From the NCBI GenBank assembly GCA_000934665.2, contig KZ538131.1, positions 62,001 to 121,833 on the forward strand: DNA of 59,833 nucleotides, written 5' to 3'. Under the pieces are notes generated by a model that worked only from the letters and a program-made list of their open reading frames with translations, searched no databases and was not told the DNA's origin. The position numbers were made by a program, and so were the translations under genes. This DNA comes from Catajapyx aquilonaris (lineage: Eukaryota). Positions 27,511 to 40,493 of the stretch are shown piece by piece; the first letter of the stretch is position 1; each line of letters begins with the position of its first letter.

Positions 27511-30500
27511 GTGTGAGAATGCATGTGGATTGAGTGTACGCTGCTGTCTCGAGTAAGCCAAAGTAGTAGACCATAATTATCAGCAAAGCGAGAAAAAAAA
27601 ACCCCCCGTTGCATCACTCTTGTATTGGTAACAAGAAGGTTAAAAATCGCAATGAGCCTCTTCTACGTCACGCAGGTCGTACCACCCGCGACCGACCAAT
27701 TGTAGAGAACCTTTCAGGGGTCAGCGTCACCGGGTAATCAATTCTTTCTGTGAAAGGCGGGCTCTGTAGTGCTTGGGACGGCCGCAAGGAAAATACATAC
27801 CGGATCGGTTTGGTGCAGGTTCATTACACCGAAACTAACAGGTCCGATACTGTAAAAGGGCGAACCGCGGGCGACCAAACTAATGCAAAGCTCCGATTTG
27901 GCCAATTGGCGACAGGTGAGCGTGGGCGATACTAATTCTCGGAGGCGCTTCGCCAGTTAGTGGCTAGGTGGCAGGAGCGGGCCAAAACACCCTGCTGCGA
28001 TTCTGCCGTAGGGTGGCGCCTAGCGGCAGCGGCTGGAACTTGGTGGTTTCAGGCTCGCGAATGGTGGCGCCAACCAGCGACCGCCTGCGGAATTACTAGT
28101 GGCTCAAGGACGGACCATTTTAATTTGAACAATAAATTGAGCTTAAATATTTAAATGGCAGGATGAATTCAATTTGAATGCAGTTGACGACGTCAAGACG
28201 TCATTTCCTATCCGTCCAGACTAGATGCTGATTGAGTACGGTGCTCTGCCATGCCAGAAGGACATTGTATCCTGACATGTTTGCAACCTTGTCGCCTGCT
28301 CTGCTCCACAGGTCGTGTGTGAATAGGCGTGCGTGTTGAATATGTATTGCGGATGGGTTGCACACACCCCCGATTTGGTAGTATTATGGGCGGCTTCAGT
28401 GGAGGAGCGTGTGCGTCGTACGTCAGTATGTCACCGTGTAAATTGAAGCCTTATTAAAGGAACTTGGAAGCGAGCCATGGAGGTTCAAGGCTGACGGATT
28501 CGAGTTTCACGACCGGAGGACCGTGCGGAGAGAGGGAGATCTTGTGTTGTTGTTTATTGCTGTCATAGTTTTTTCTCCCCCACTCGATGGAATATCAGCA
28601 AATTCCTAACTGGCGGGGGGTGATGTAATCGCAAAGTGACCTTGGTCCACTTGCAAATGAGGAGTGAAGGTGAATTGGGTTGACCAGTTGCTCACCACGG
28701 ACGTAGTATCATTTGTGGAAAACTGATGGATCGGTTTAAATTTCGAACGTAAACCAGGTCACGGTGCGCATTAATGACGAGTATACGGGCCTATACCGCG
28801 ATGATGCCAGACGCAGAGCACTTTGAGGAGATTGCGAATCACGTGAGACTCCGATTATCTTCCGGCGCAAGTTATGTTCCTTTTCATGCTTAGCTATTCT
28901 CAAGCTTAGACTCATGGCCATATTTGGAGACATTTATGAGATTAGCCTCGTACAAAGAACAGATACGTAACAATTTTATCCGATTGCGGGGCGGACATTG
29001 CCGGGGTGCAGAGAAACGCAGTTGGTCAAAAGAATGGAATTTTTCTGCCTGACATCGCTGCTGATTCTCCAGAATCGTTGCAAAAGTCGCCTACAAGAAT
29101 CAAGTGAAATACAGAGCAGGGTTGCAGATAGTATGTGGTCAAATATAAGAGCGTAGGAAGGGTTAATTTGTTTGCGTTTCTGAATGGAAAATTTGCAAAA
29201 CAACTTAGGGTGCTCATTTTACATACACATAAGCCAGCCTGAAGATGTGGAGCGAGAGATAAAGGAAATAGAACGCGCCGGAAACTATTATTTGGGAAAT
29301 GTGGGGATCATTATTTCGTAATGCTCGAATCATATAATTTTACACGCTTTAGGCGTACTGTATGACGTTCTTTTCTGCATGTATTTAAAAATCGATACCT
29401 ACAGCATGCACTTGTTTAATAATGCAACTCGCGAGAGAGAAGACGGGCCAAGCTTAACAGGTGGCCGTCTACCCCCCACCCCGCCATGTGTTACTATGAG
29501 AGATGTGGTGGGTGACAAGCTACAAATATTATAGCATATATGCTGCATGTCATAGCAATCGGGACAATTATTCCGTGAACAATTTAAAATAATTTGCATA
29601 TAGATGTTATCCGTGTGATAGTTTTGAGGGCCCAGAATTTCCCCCAGTTAGATGTATCACGCCGACAACCTTGCCCTACTTAAAAGAATTACATGGCAAG
29701 AGATGAAGAAAGTGTAGAACATTGTGCGTAACACAATTGACGCGATTAAATATCTCTCGCACGATTTTTGAGGAATCCAGAGCTTATTACGCGAGCATGC
29801 TGCAAGTGGAAAAAGAAGGAAAAGTCGAATTATTTCGCATTTAAAAAAACGATTGGTCAGTGAAGGTACCGATCGTTTGGGGTGCAGCATATATATAGGC
29901 TACGTCTTCATGGGTACATGGAGTAAGATTGATAAAAAAAAAATCAATTAGTTAGACAAGCTTAAAATTAGGTCCAATCCATATATATCATGTGCCCTTT
30001 TTAAGCCGAATTGCCCGATAATAATGGCGTCCACAACTTTTGATTAAAACATAATGGACAACGAAGATCAGGTCCTTATAATCCAACAAGTCATATCGTC
30101 CACTTGTCAACCGTCCCCTGGGCCGGTAGAGGATGAGTCCATTTGTGAATTACGTTATGGGTTATGCGATTCGTGTCTGGAGTCACGTACAGTATAGACA
30201 TGCTGTATATAGTCACGCTTTCCCGGCTGGTAAATGTGTCTGGGTATTGTCTGTTTTTTCCGGCTCGAGTACAGCACCTTGCATTATTTCATGACAGACA
30301 TGGCCGTAAGCCTATTCAGTTTGTAATATCTCTGTTAGCAATATGATATCCCACTAGACAAGTTCTGAAACTGTAGACTGACCAGTGGGCGGCGGTCTTA
30401 TCATGAATTTAAAAAAAGATTTATTTGACCTTGACTGGACAATGACAATGTGCTTCTGTGGAGGGGCCAATGAAGTTATCTTTTGCCTTCCTCAAAGTGC

Positions 30501-33339
30501 ATCGCGGTCGAAAGAGTTCGAGAGCCATTGTGCACTGTCAGACCAATATTCACGAGTTAAAAACGAACCCAATCTTGAAGGACTTACACACGTGTGCCCG
30601 TTAATGTTGGGAGAAACCGGGCCCAAACTATGTAAATCACAGCATATTTGGAGTGAAATGAAAATGAAAGTGGCATCAATTACAAGCAAAGATTATCTTC
30701 GGATGTATATTGACTGCACATGACGCAAATTAAATCTTCCTGCAAAAAATAAATAAATAATCGTACATTTCGTAGCATATTTTTTGATTTACTGATGACT
30801 GAAAGCGTGACATTGAATTCTATTCCTGATCAGGTAAATATGTCGTGCAACAAATAGAGGACGTTTTTTGAATAAATTGTTCTTCCCAAAGTGCGTCACC
30901 GAAACTGCGGATTCTATCGGGCTCGTACCTGGGACGTGTGGTACTAAGGGCATACGTGCCTATTACGGAGGAAAACAACAACTTACAAACATGAGATTCT
31001 CGTTCCAGACGCCTGACTTGTATATAGGATTGGCAGATGGCGACCCCACATTATGGAAATCATCTTTCCTTCTAAGAAAAATGACGCCATTGAATCCACA
31101 ACATTTCTGATACGCACCCGAAAACAGAATTAGAAAATCCATCTTGTTTTTGACAGTTGGCACGGTTGGGCAAAGTACAGCACGTTAGTAGCACACATGT
31201 CATAAAAAGGTGCGAAACGGCCTGAGAAGTGCTGAACTGGCATGAAGGGGTCAGTGAATCTGTAACCTGCAGATCAGTATGCTGAATACGATGCCAGTGG
31301 CTTAGAAATATATCAGTCGAAGCTTCCATTTTTCAATTTGGGTTCACATTGCCGTGACGCCAAACCGATTATCCGGTGTAGTGTTGGGGGGGAAAACGGC
31401 TTCGTACTCTCCGCATTTTTGTCAGCGCTGTACCAAGTCTCTTGTCTTTTACATATCTTTTGTTGGGGGTGCTGGTATCCACCATCAGCATTGACGTGCA
31501 TTCGTGCTCATTTAGTCGCACTTGGGTGCCGGCCAGACATTGACACCTGCGTATCGGCGAATCCTTAGCACGAGATTACCTTGTCGAGATGTACACACGC
31601 CGTGTGAAATAAGTCTTCGTATCTGCGGCGCCTGACATCCTAGGAATTTATAGCGGCTCGGAGTTAACTCATAGTTATAATAATAATAAAAATGCGCGAT
31701 TGTTGATAGAGCGTAATGGCACCGCCTGATGACGTAGCGGCCGCGATGTTTCCTTCAACAACTCCCAAGATGGCCATGGTTCTGCCTCGGCCCCAGAGAT
31801 CTTCCGGGTGACACAAGGTCGCACCCAGGGACTTTTCCGGTCGAGAAGGTTCTTTTTGTTTTAACAGCGCACGCGTGAACCCGACTTAATGAGCGACCAC
31901 CTGTAACATTGGCGGGGGGCTTGATTGCACGTAATGTAGTCATCAAGACGCGGAAATTATAATAATGACGTTAACAGTATTAGTGCGCTTTAGGTGAGAC
32001 TGCTTTCAGACGTGATTTGCATTGAATGGGCAATGTGCGTGATAATGGCGGATTATATATAATTTTTTTAAAAAACCGCATCGTGTATGTGAACTCATTA
32101 GATGGAGGTGTTACATTAATCCGCGACAAGGGAGATGACACGGTTGACCTCAGCGAGGCCAATTGCTGTATCAGCCCCAACGGTTATGATCTGGCTCAGT
32201 TTCCAGACATTGCAATCAGCGGACTCTGAACCAGTATTGTTTAGTAAAAGCGGGTTTTAAAATTTTAATCGGGGCAAAAGTGACACACTGACTCACTTTT
32301 TTTTTTTGAACGTTGGTCTTGAGTAAACTGGGCGGATTGGTGAATCACCGTATCGGTGACCTTGGTTATTCATTTTTAATGATGGATTTTTGCGACACTG
32401 AAGATGTGGCATTGAAATCCCAGAGATGAAAGCCGGCGGTATTTGATGAAGTCGTTACGTTTCCTGTTTGCTCATTAGCACACAAAGGGGTGACATGCAT
32501 GATGGGGCAGGATTGCGGAGGGATTCGGTTCGAAAATGGAGCCCAATTAGCAACGTTGTTTGGGAGATTGGATGATTTTTTTTTTAAAAAAACTAATTAG
32601 CAGGAGGCTTTTGAAATGGGGTGAAGGCGGAGAAACTAATAACGTACAGAGAGGGCCTCCTCGTATTTTTAGTGCTCGGCCCTTGAGACAAATGTGGATG
32701 AGCTCGGAGACACTTCTTGGGAGCCGAAGAGGTGCTTTGAAGGGGGTACCTGTCGCGAACTTTCGGAGATGTGCTGTTGACTACCTTGTTTGTGTAGGGT
32801 GAACAACAATGATTTCACAACAAGTGTGTGCCTGATGTCGTTGCGAAAGCTGGTTTGGAAATATTCTAGGTTATATACTGTATTTATTTTTTTCACTCTG
32901 CGGTTGAATGTATTTACGGCATTGATTTCCGTTTGATAACGTGCTCGATATACTTCTGGGACACACGTGCTTGGTCGCTCTTCCTTCAAGCATTCCGGAA
33001 AAGTTTCCACTTTCTGAGCCCCCCTCTTGCCTGTCACTGAAAAGAAATGCAACAATGCCAATGATCTCTCTTCTAAGTAAACGAGGTTCACGTTTCCCCT
33101 TTAGCAGCCAGTTCTTTAACCCTGAAGAACCCCTCCCCCCTACTGTAAATTGCCAAGTTTTGTAGCCTGCATTCCGCCATTGGAGTTGACGAGTGAGCGT
33201 AGTGACCTCGGCAGGTTGGAAATGATTCCAAGAGTTGAGGGGGTGGGAGGGGAAAAAGAGACCCAAGGACTGGCAGTTCGCGTAGGTACTTGTAACGTGT
33301 ACGGTGTACGGCGTGTAGTGCTGTGTGCAACGCGCGCAG

Positions 33340-33460
33340 AATGGGTCACGTGGGGTTGTGACGTCAGGGAGGAGCGCAGATAGGATGGGGGAGGGCCATG
33401 TGGTCTCAGTGCAGTCGGTGGCAGCAGGTAGAATCGGAGTCAGTCACTTCCGTTACGTGT
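33340..33460 (+). promoter_or_regulatory. Putative promoter of the proximal alternative first exon
   Basis: E-box GTCACGTG ~33345, CRE TGACGTCA 33359-33366, Inr-like TCAGTC ~33440, CpG-rich. Confidence 0.55.
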
Positions 33461-33664
33461 GAGGACAGTGTTTGGAGTGACCGGTGGCCTCCAGTCGGCA
33501 ACATTGGCTTGAGGCGCATAGACCGTCTTGGGAGATGAATGTCCGTGCAGTTACAAGGCTAGTCACGTGGTGCTCCTAGAGGAGCGCCTTCGCCGGTGAA
33601 GACGGCGTCCTTACCAGTTGTGATTCCGGCCGGTACCGTCGTGGGCTATCAGGGCGGCCAGACT

Positions 33665-33942
33665 ATGTTAGTGATGGTTATGCCGATGCCGATGCCCATG
33701 CCCATGCTGATCCCGATGCCAATGGTGACTCTGCCGGCAGCGGTACCGGCAGCGGTACCAGTTCCCGCCCCCGCTCCAGTGATTAGGCAGAATAGTGCTC
33801 CCAGTGGTTGTCCAGCTAGGCCTGGACCCATTCCGATCATCACGGTCAGCGATCATCAGGACCGTGGTACCGACATGGTGCAGATGTACCGCCAGTATTA
33901 CCGTCCACCGCCCAGGCTGCGCTTACAGAGGGTTCAGTCCTA
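33665..33942 (+). CDS. bun: TSC22/bunched-like protein, proximal alternative first coding exon (Met/Pro-rich N-terminus)
   Basis: ORF MLVMVMPMPMP...RLRLQRVQS ends TCC TA|GTAAGT (phase 2); TA+C = Tyr in frame with shared exon 35300. The frame is open upstream to GTG 33596. Confidence 0.7.
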
Positions 33943-34992
33943 GTAAGTAGCGGATCCAGCTGTCAGAAGTCGGTGCCAGTTTTAATCCTGGAAGTGATAT
34001 AGTGAAGGGCATCAATCGCCGATAGCCTCAATATAGGAAATAGCAGTTTTTTTTCATGGAAAAACAGCGCCAAACTGATAGGGTGTTATACAATACGACA
34101 TCGGTGTGCCAAAATCTTTCGCGGAATTTTTCACTCGTTTCGGGGTTGATCCGGGGGGGTGAATATCTGGGCGGGTGAGTGGGTTATCTCCCGGCTGATA
34201 GTCAAAAAAGTTGACGGGTCGTGGCACTTTTGCGATAAACGGGCAGTGCACATCGGGTATTGTGTTGTGGAAGGATTGGCCCGACGCAGCAAGCCTTGAA
34301 CCCCAGTTAATTTTATCGCCTCGTGTTACTTGGAGGATGGCGGGAAGAGTCGGGTTCTGCGAGTGTCATACTGCTCGGGTTGACAGATAATGGAGTCAAC
34401 CTGAGACGGCAATTTCTCAGCGTGGGAATTTTGCCCTAGAATCGTTTGGGCGATCAGGATCGGGCCGGATAATTTGCGAGACAAGCTCCCCCTCCTCCTT
34501 CCATTGAGCAGATATGAAAACAGGAGACGTGCATTTGCGTAAGCGGGGCATAATGGGGCGAAAAAGTGCACATTCCGTTGCCTAATCGTGGATGACGGCC
34601 CAGGATATTCGATTCATTAGCAGGGTGACGCACGGAGCCTCTTAACTGGACGAGCACAAGTAGGAGGAGGGGGTACGTCGTCACATGTCGCCTGTCGCAT
34701 CCCCATCCTCCGTTCTCGGTACATGGTGAACGAGAGGACAATACAAACTAGGGAGGTTACGGGTCCTAAGTCTGCGGTGAGGACATGACCAGCGTCACTT
34801 CCTGCAATCTGTTCTGGATGAGGGGTTTTTAGGCGGGTAAATAGCGCACCTGACGTACACGTGGTGGGAATAGGTTTTCCACATTTGCGTCGGGGGAGTT
34901 TAAAGGGATGAGCCGGGGCATGAACTGGAAACGTGATATGCTGTAATTATCTCGCAATTAAGCTGGGCTAACGAGCCGGTTGTAAAAAAAAA

Positions 34993-35023
<31 letters not shown>

Positions 35024-35299
35024 TGCGAGGAACGTCAGCGGCAGGACCGAAATCGGCGGGTCGGGTGAACCAGGAAAAGCGATCAGTCGCGGCATCGGCG
35101 GATTGGGAAACCTGGTGACCTTGCCGGGAGGCACCTTGGATGCAAATGATCTTCCTGAACCTACTACCACCCACCGCACCTGGCTTACCCCCGACAAGCG
35201 GCTGGATATTGAATGTGCTTATGATGTGAATAAGGCTGGTTGGCTACACTGTCAATAAACAGTATCTGAATTGTCATTTTTTTCTCTCTCTCTTTTCAG

Positions 35300-35351
35300 C
35301 GCTTCCGGCACCAGCACCGTGGCGATAGACAACAAGATAGAGCAAGCAATG
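35300..35351 (+). CDS. bun: TSC22/bunched-like protein, shared exon (ASGTSTVAIDNKIEQAM)
   Basis: Acceptor tttctctctctcttttcAG, donor ATG|GTAAGT; the peptide is the hallmark VAIDNKIEQAM start of the TSC box. Confidence 0.95.
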
Positions 35352-37043
35352 GTAAGTTTCTGGGTTTGGCAAGGTCGTAGTTTGGCTCGTAGGCGGCGCT
35401 GCCATCTGTCGGCGGCAGTGTTTGACTCGGGCTGGCGGCAGATTCGAAGCTGGGACCAACCTTGAGTCGGTTTTTTAAAAATATTAAAGCTGCGATGTGT
35501 GATCCGGATTAGCAGGCGGGGGCAATCAGGGGTTAAGTGGATGCGATGTCGCATGACCGGCCGGGTTTGCGACGTAATGGCAGACGAATTGGATTTGCAT
35601 AAATGCGGCAGGTGGCTGGCGGGGGGTATTATGTTTAGACTTGGGTCGAAGGGCCTGGGTGACCTGGACTTTGAGGGTTTGGTGGCGGGTCATTTCGACG
35701 CGGGGGCTTTGCAGGCCCGGGGATTGGTGATGTAACTAATGTCAGGAAGCGGGTGAGGGGGCCTGTGTGTGGGGGGGAGGGAGGAGGACGTGTAGCAATC
35801 GTTCAAGGGCAAGGTTGCAGTTGATATTGTGAATATGAGCAATTTCCGCGGAGGTTTTTTTGCTGGGCATTTCTTTTAAAAAGTCGGGAGGGGTATTAAT
35901 AGTGTGGACTAGTGACCTAGATCGTGTCCCAGGAGAAGTGGATGGTTAAAGCGCATGCGGGTAGGCGAGAGAGGAAAGGGAATGTAAAGGGGGGGTTTAA
36001 AAAGGGGGTGGTTGATAGGGTTTGTGTAGAGCGGAGGTAGGCATAAGTGCAGGGAGTACCCGTGAGAATAGGAGGGTGGGGGTGCTGAGTGCATGTCCCC
36101 AGCAGGGGTGTACGGCTGCAGGCGGGATGTTGAGGCAACGGTCTGGAGAAGAAGAAGAAAGGCCAAGGGCCAGGAGGTTTTCGTATTCGGCCCTTTACGA
36201 GGTGCGGAGGAGAGGTCAGAGGGATGTGTGCTACGTCTTGATTCCGGATGAGCAAGTAAGGGTTGGCTCTGGGGCCAAATTGTTGTCGAGGGTCGGAACT
36301 CCTGGCATAGTTGATATTACGGTTGCGCTGAACATTGTTGCTATGTGCAGAGTGCAGCACGTCAAGTGCCAAGTTTTTGTACTTGTACAGGAAGCCACAG
36401 TGGGGACAGATAAAAGGAATGAGGTTGGACACACACAGGTTGTTATCTTACACAGTACGTCCAGTGTGTTACATGGTTCTAAGGGAATAAGTTTTTAAAA
36501 ATTTGAAGCACGGTGCCAACTGCTTGGTTTTTTGCCTTCCCAATCAAAAATGCGACAACAATGTCGATTGATAGTGATGGGAAATGTGATATGCCAAAGG
36601 GAGGGAAGAGCAACTTGCTTCCAACTGGGGATTTTAATAAGTGTGAACTTAACTCCTTAATAGCAGAATCGCCCTGTAATTTCATCAAAAATATTGTGAT
36701 TTTTTTACTGAACAAGTTTTGGTAATATGCAACATATTAGAAAATCCTGCATCAGTCCATAATGAACCCTATAATAGGCAAGTTTCACTGTATTATTTAT
36801 GGGAAAGGATGATTGACAGCAGCTCCTAGTCACATGGTGGAAGTGAATTCCACAGGTAGCTGGATAGTCCAGAAGCAAGAACTGCTGTTGGTAACTGTTG
36901 CCTTTAGTTGTGCATACCTACGCAGGAATATGAAAACAGGGATGCAAGGGAAGAAAACTGCGTGAAATGTGGCATTTTGCCTGCAGTTGTGCCTGGTAAT
37001 AAAATTATGGTACATGGTAACATGTAATTTTATCTTTCACCAG

Positions 37044-37256
37044 GATCTGGTGAAGAGTCATCTGATGTTTGCAGTCCGTGAAGAGGTGGAGGTCCTGAAA
37101 GAAAAGATATCTGAGCTAATGGACAGGATCAACCAACTTGAGTACGAGAATGGCATCTTGAAGGCAAATGCCACTCAAGAAACTCTGGCCCAGCTGACCC
37201 AGCCCCCACCCAAGAACCAGCAGCCTCCAGGTGGACCGCCATCGTCCGTGTCCTAA
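37044..37256 (+). CDS. bun: TSC22/bunched-like protein, terminal exon (TSC box + leucine zipper)
   Basis: Acceptor atctttcac[43 protein letters not shown] is the canonical TSC22 domain; stop TAA ends at 37256. Confidence 0.96.
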   Translation, partial: DLVKSHLMFAVREEVEVLKEKISELMDRINQLEYENGILKANATQETLAQLTQPPPKNQQPPGGPPSSVS

Positions 37257-38041
37257 CAGGCTTGTTAAACAAGCACAACCCTTGAAAAATCAAGGTAGAC
37301 ATCTTGTATTTATAATGACGTGTGAGAGACTTAAGGGGAGCACAACAGTAAGCAGAGAGAACTCAAGCACGTGAAAGAAGAAGTGTGTTATTTAACTGTA
37401 ACAACTCATATTGAGGCTACAAGAGTGCAAAAGAGTTTTGTTTGCCATGTGGCACAGAAGTTGTGATGAATATTGACAATTTGTATAGGCCGAAGGTTTG
37501 ATGACCGAAAGAAGTGATGCCGCATAAAAGTGAGAGCCAAGCAGAAGTCAGAAAAGGGAGTTTTTTTTTTGTTTGAACTATATGCAGATTTGTTTTTTGA
37601 GGAATGAGAGAGGGCAATTTCCATAAGGTACTGATGTACAGATTTGAATATTTTGTAGCGTCTCTCCACAAGACTGTGACAGAATTGCACATAGTTTCGT
37701 ATTGGATTTCAACTGGAAGAAGTATGGCTCATTTTCAGTCCTCCCTTCATCCCCACCCTGTTTTTGATGCTCAATTGTATAGGCTAAGAAACCAACATAC
37801 CGGACATTGGAAGGCCTGTCTTTCAAAACTGGTGCTTGGTTTGATTTCCCCCCATCCCTTGCTCCCATTTGTTTGCCTTAAGGGTGTGCCTACTCTTCCT
37901 GTGTACCATTTAGGTTTTTGTTTTTTTTTTGTTTTTGAAGCAAGTAAAAGAAGTCTCTGTGTCCAGTCTAGTTCCTGTTGACATGTTCTGAGCCAATTAA
38001 AAAATGAGAAAAGAATTACGATTTTCAAACAACCCCACATT

Positions 38042-38047
38042 TTTATT
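38042..38047 (-). terminator. COG3 polyadenylation signal AATAAA
   Basis: TTTATT on + strand, 15 nt beyond the COG3 stop codon. Confidence 0.55.
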
Positions 38048-38062
38048 AGGTCTTACAACAAA

Positions 38063-38318
38063 TCAGGCTTTTTCATCAATGCTACACTCGCTCCGGCTAA
38101 CAATGGAGGAGACGAGTACGCTGACCTGCTCCTGGGTTGGGCAGGCGACAATGGTCTGCTCCTCAGGCGTGTAGTGCTGCTTCACAAGCGCCTGCAGCTG
38201 GACAAAGGCAGTAAGGATTCCATTCTTGACAGGACGGAAAAGGACAAATTCTGTTTCCCGGTTGGCCAGGTACAGTTGCATGCTGCGACGCAATGGGGGC
38301 AACCCAGACTTGAGGCAC
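38063..38318 (-). CDS. COG3: Conserved oligomeric Golgi complex subunit 3, exon 7 (last)
   Basis: Acceptor AG 38320-38319; SMQLYLANRETEFVLFRPVKN matches the COG3 C-terminus; TGA at 38065-38063. Confidence 0.9.
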
Positions 38319-38504
38319 CTAATGTGGAATAAAACATCTGATTAGCCTTTTACACAAGTCATAAAAACAACTGATGGCAGCAGCAGTATTATTATTGATA
38401 GGTCTGACTTGTATGCGGAACAGATTTTTTTTTAATCTTCCAAGATTAGTATTCCCCTCACGTTGTCATTAGAGAGAACTACACTTCCTCGACACGGTTT
38501 AGGC

Positions 38505-38955
38505 CAGTAGTTCTTAACCTTTTCGGCCCTCCGCACCCCTTTGAAAACAGTTGATCCTTGTCACACCCTCTATAGCAGGGGCGATAGATTACGTTCAAAG
38601 TTAGAGGTACACCTTGCTCACAGCCAGTGCCAAAATCGCGTATTTAGTTAAAATAATAGTTAATTTAAATGAAATATCCTTCAATGAAAGAGTAGAACAA
38701 GTTGGAATAGGCAAATTTCTTGGGTTGAAGGTCACACAAGTGAATGCAACTGACTGGGAGATTTGAATAGTGTGTCGGGGTGTGTATGTGACAAAATTGG
38801 TAGCACTTTTTTTCATGGAAGTGGAATTACAGAGTAACATTGGGCTGTACGAAATTATGACATTTTTTGTGTAGTCTACTATTATGGTACATTTGGGAGC
38901 CACCTCGCACCCCCAACCCCCTGGGGGTGCGGGCACCGCAGGTTAAGAACCGCTG
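38505..38955. mobile_element. hAT (Charlie/MER5-like) MITE
   Basis: TIRs CAGTAGTTCTTAACCT / AGGTTAAGAACCGCTG; the 8-bp flanks are only partly matched. Confidence 0.65.
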
Positions 38956-40023
38956 GCTTTAGAGACCGTCCGTCCGCCTCCAAAAGCTGTCTGACTGGCT
39001 TGAAAATACGTGCTAATATATATGAATATATAATGCTGCGTCGCTATATATTTATATAATATTGCTTTTTCTTTTAACTTGCCGGTTGCCGCCCTAGGCC
39101 ACGGCCTCGTGTGACCTCACGGCTAATCCGCCACTGGCTGTAATACTAACTAACGTTGAAACTAAGAGTTGAAAAATTGACTGGACAGTGTGTACAGCAG
39201 GGTTGCTTCCCATTTGATTACGTGATGTGACCGCCTGCTCCCGCTAGCCGAACATGTGCATGTGCATAAATTTTTTTAAGGTTTGGCAGTTATTCCTGCC
39301 AACTGGCATTTTTGCCTGTCCCATAGGTTTTTCACAATGGCTTAGGCTCATTTTTTATTGACTGCACCTTATACATGAGGATGTACTCCAGTTAACATTT
39401 GCAGTAGAGCCAAGCCATCATCAGTTTTCAAATCAGTTGATTGGAGCATTGCAACACTTAATGCTGCAAACTTTTCACCCAACCTGGTAATGACAGTGAG
39501 TGGACTAACAGACAGGAGAAACTGTCATACAAATGAAGGGTGTTGTGGAAAAAGGTGATACTCATTTTTGACCTGAACACCTAGCAGCAATGTAAAAGAC
39601 ATGACAAACAGTATGGTATACTCCAAGTTCACGTATCATGCACGAGACAGCCACACGGACTAGATCAAAACCCACATTCCCCATGATTTGTTACGAGAAT
39701 GCAAACTTAAATTCGCTCTCCTGAAAAATTACACTTTTGTGGGTGTTATCACCTTTGTCCACCACACCCCTCAAATGAAACTCACAAGTAAGTCTAAATT
39801 TGATGGTAGCAAGCCAGGATTTGTCTTCACTACTATGTAAGCAAGTGCAAGGTCAAATATTTCCTTTGGATGATCTCAAAACTGGTTTTTTGTACCTACA
39901 AGTTAGTGGGGGGGATTTCTCCTGTATGCTCATGACATATAACCAGGGTGGTGCCTTAAAGTTTAAAATAGCACATCTGTGCTACATCCTCCTAATTCCT
40001 GGCATACTCCTCATTTTACTGAC

Positions 40024-40493
40024 CTGAGTGAGTCAGAAACCGTGGTGGCAACCTGTTGTGCTGTAGCAAAAGGCTGTTCGCTGAGCTTCACACCATCTTT
40101 TCTTTCCTCCTCTTTTGGCTCCCTCTCCACTCCGAGATTTAGCACCACCTGGCATTTCGAGAGGAACCCTGGGAGTGGCCCTAGGAGTCCCTTAGAGGCC
40201 CGGTCAACGAAAGATTCACAGCTCTGCTTGAGGTGCCGATCTACCTCCTTCTTTGAATCCCTGCAGTATTCCACCACTTGAGGGGTGCCCTCCAGAAGAA
40301 ACTCCAGCAAAGAATTGTTGCCACTCAAGGAGAAGAGACGACCTCGCTTTTGCACTAGGCCAGCGGCTGCTGAGCGGACTCGAGAGAAATCCAACGAGGT
40401 CTCCCGAACGGAGAAGTCCACATGGAAGGGGGCAATCTGTTCACGAACTATCAATAGGTGTTTGATCAGGAACAGGTGCCCATCCAGTGGGGT
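40024..40493 (-). CDS. COG3: COG3 exon 6
   Basis: tttCAG|ACC ... CTC AG|GTCAGT; DGHLFLIKHLLIVREQIAPF and NNSLLEFLLEGTP are COG3 motifs. Confidence 0.93.

Noticed and set aside
27945..28095. GC-rich imperfect hairpin with several AGGTGGC/GGTGGCGCC CTCF-like motifs
   Set aside because: Only partial motif matches; more likely an old palindromic MITE.
35917..36498. Overlapping 158-171 aa ORFs in the last TSC22 intron
   Set aside because: No recognisable domain, non-ATG starts, no supporting splice structure.
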